This document shows, in pieces, positions 24,580 to 25,885 of a stretch of 25,885 nt of DNA. The notes beneath the pieces are model-generated. The model made no database searches. It was not told the DNA's origin and saw only the letters and a program-made list of their open reading frames with translations. The position numbers and the translations under genes are program-made. Positions within the stretch are counted from its first letter, which is position 1. Each line of letters opens with the position of its first letter. This DNA is from a virus (taxonomy: Duplodnaviria; Caudoviricetes): positions 1 through 25,885 of the IMG/VR virus record IMGVR_UViG_3300035492_000039; one strand, 5' to 3'.

Positions 24580-24954
24580 TCACGCCAGCGCAGGATCGCG
24601 CAACGGGTAGAGCAGCGCGGTCACCGGCTTGGGCAGATAGCCCTGCTCGTATGCGCCGTCTGCGTTGTTATCGCGGTCTTTGTAGAAGTAGCCGACCAGC
24701 AGCAGCGTGGCCTGCTCGACTTCCGCAGCCAACACCATCGCGCCTTGGCTGTCGGTGATGTAGATCGGGTAGCCGCTGCTGTCCAGCACCGGGTTACCGT
24801 GGTCATCACGCTCGACCTCAAACGGCGACGCAGACTTGAGATAGTTCTTCACGGCCTTGGATGCGGCGTTGACATAACCTGTGATCAACGTGTCATCGTC
24901 GTCGTGATCCATCTCCAGCTGATGCTTGGCCTGTTCCAGGGTGATGTACATCAT
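24580..24954 (-). CDS. Head-tail connector (HK97 gp6-like)
   Basis: ITLEQAKHQL...DDDTLITGYVNAAS...QATLLLVGYFYKDR...LLYPLRDPALA. Confidence 0.92.
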   Translation of the reverse strand: MMYITLEQAKHQLEMDHDDDDTLITGYVNAASKAVKNYLKSASPFEVERDDHGNPVLDSSGYPIYITDSQGAMVLAAEVEQATLLLVGYFYKDRDNNADGAYEQGYLPKPVTALLYPLRDPALA

Positions 24955-25847
24955 TTCAGCTTCACCCCTTTGTCAGGTTCATGAGTAGAGGCGCTGGGGC
25001 GTAGGTCTTTGCCGTCGCGGCCTTTCTTCACAGCCAGTCGCCAATCAGCAGAGCCACCGGGCACGCCTTCGGGCGCATCCTTCTGCGCAATCCAGTAGCA
25101 GCCGCCGTAGGTTGTTCCGTCGCCCTTCTCGTAGCCGCCATGCTCTTTGCTGAATACCCCGCGATCTACCACGGCAGCAATCTTGACTGACTTCTCAATA
25201 ACCGTGTCGCCCGCCTGCATCTTCACAGTGATGGTGCGGCCATCATCGCCCAGCGTCAGGTCGAAGCTGTCCAGCGGCAGCGCGTCCCGGCCATCCTTAG
25301 GCTCGGGCATGCGGTCGGCAGCCTTGTCGAAGGTTTCCCGCGCTTGGCGCTCCCACGACAAGGCCAGGTCGGAGAATCGGCGCTCGAAGGTGGCGGCCAC
25401 TTCGTCGACGGTAGGAACCGGTGCGGGCTCAATGCCTTTGACCATCTGCTCAACGTGCCGCTTGATTTCGTCCATGTCGGCGTCCTTGCCGGGGGCTGGC
25501 GCAGGCAAAGCCTTGACGGCCTCGGCGACTAAATCGGCCAGCATGGGCCGAATGTGCTCACCAGTCTCGGATGCATGCATTCCCGCGACAGCATCAGAGA
25601 CCATCTGCTTGATGACTTCTGGGTCTGCGTCTTTGCCGTTTTCTGGCGCAGGGATCAGCGCGGCGGCCTGCTTGGCGATGGCTTCAAGATCCGGCCGCTC
25701 GTCGAGCGCCTTTTGCAGCTCGGCAATACGGTCGTCACGCGACTGCAGCTGGCCAGCGAACTCTTTGCGCAGCTCATCGCGCACGCCGGCCACAATCCCA
25801 GTCATGATCGGGGCCAGGGCTTTTGCCTGGGCTTCAAGCTCACGCAT
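24951..25847 (-). CDS. Head/neck accessory protein with coiled coil, GKDAD repeats and C-terminal carbohydrate-binding-like module
   Basis: MRELEAQAKALAP; GKDAD twice, DGRD, GRDGKD; RGVF...YEKGDGTTYGGCYWIA...DWRLAVK. Confidence 0.75.
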   Translation of the reverse strand: MRELEAQAKALAPIMTGIVAGVRDELRKEFAGQLQSRDDRIAELQKALDERPDLEAIAKQAAALIPAPENGKDADPEVIKQMVSDAVAGMHASETGEHIRPMLADLVAEAVKALPAPAPGKDADMDEIKRHVEQMVKGIEPAPVPTVDEVAATFERRFSDLALSWERQARETFDKAADRMPEPKDGRDALPLDSFDLTLGDDGRTITVKMQAGDTVIEKSVKIAAVVDRGVFSKEHGGYEKGDGTTYGGCYWIAQKDAPEGVPGGSADWRLAVKKGRDGKDLRPSASTHEPDKGVKLK

Positions 25848-25885
25848 TGAGGGCACTGGTCATCTCCTTTTGGAAAAAGGCAGCG
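25840..25885 (-). CDS. 3' end of the upstream late gene (possibly portal), truncated by the window edge
   Basis: Open frame AAFFQKEMTSALNA* overlapping the next start; identity inferred only from position. Confidence 0.4.
   Translation of the reverse strand, partial: AAFFQKEMTSALNA

Larger units (their letters stand above)
1..25885. mobile_element. Temperate siphovirus (lambdoid-type integration module, GTA-like tail tip) spanning its attP
   Basis: xis-int converge with lysis and morphogenesis genes across an att-like intergenic region; no host housekeeping genes in the window. Confidence 0.95.

Overview
A GC-rich temperate siphovirus genome segment, probably from a Pseudomonadaceae host, apparently read across an intact attP (excised or circular form). 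Left arm (+ strand, 1-9001): C-terminus of a probable YqaJ-type exonuclease, HTH proteins, an 833-aa SF2 helicase/amino-DNA-methyltransferase fusion, a run of small accessory ORFs (the last ones bounded by a repeated GCCGGGAGGCAT junction), then xis and a lambda-type tyrosine integrase. 9002-9443 is an attP-like region with arm-type repeats, IHF consensus sites, a LexA box and a 10-codon mimic of the 5' end of yffB/ArsC-family genes. Right arm (- strand, 25885 to 9444) is the late operon: head accessory protein, head-tail connector and closure, a translationally coupled glycosyltransferase-methyltransferase-glycosyltransferase cassette, HK97 gp10-like protein, tail terminator, tail tube, frameshifted tail chaperone, lipoprotein moron, tape measure, GTA-type tail tip (Dit, hub, NlpC/P60, large tip protein), DUF2793 fibre, a CLec/DUF1566-like protein, lambda-R-type endolysin and Rz/Rz1. 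The most notable element is the glycan-modification cassette inside the neck genes, a candidate virion-glycosylation system. All family assignments come from motif recognition by eye, not from database searches.
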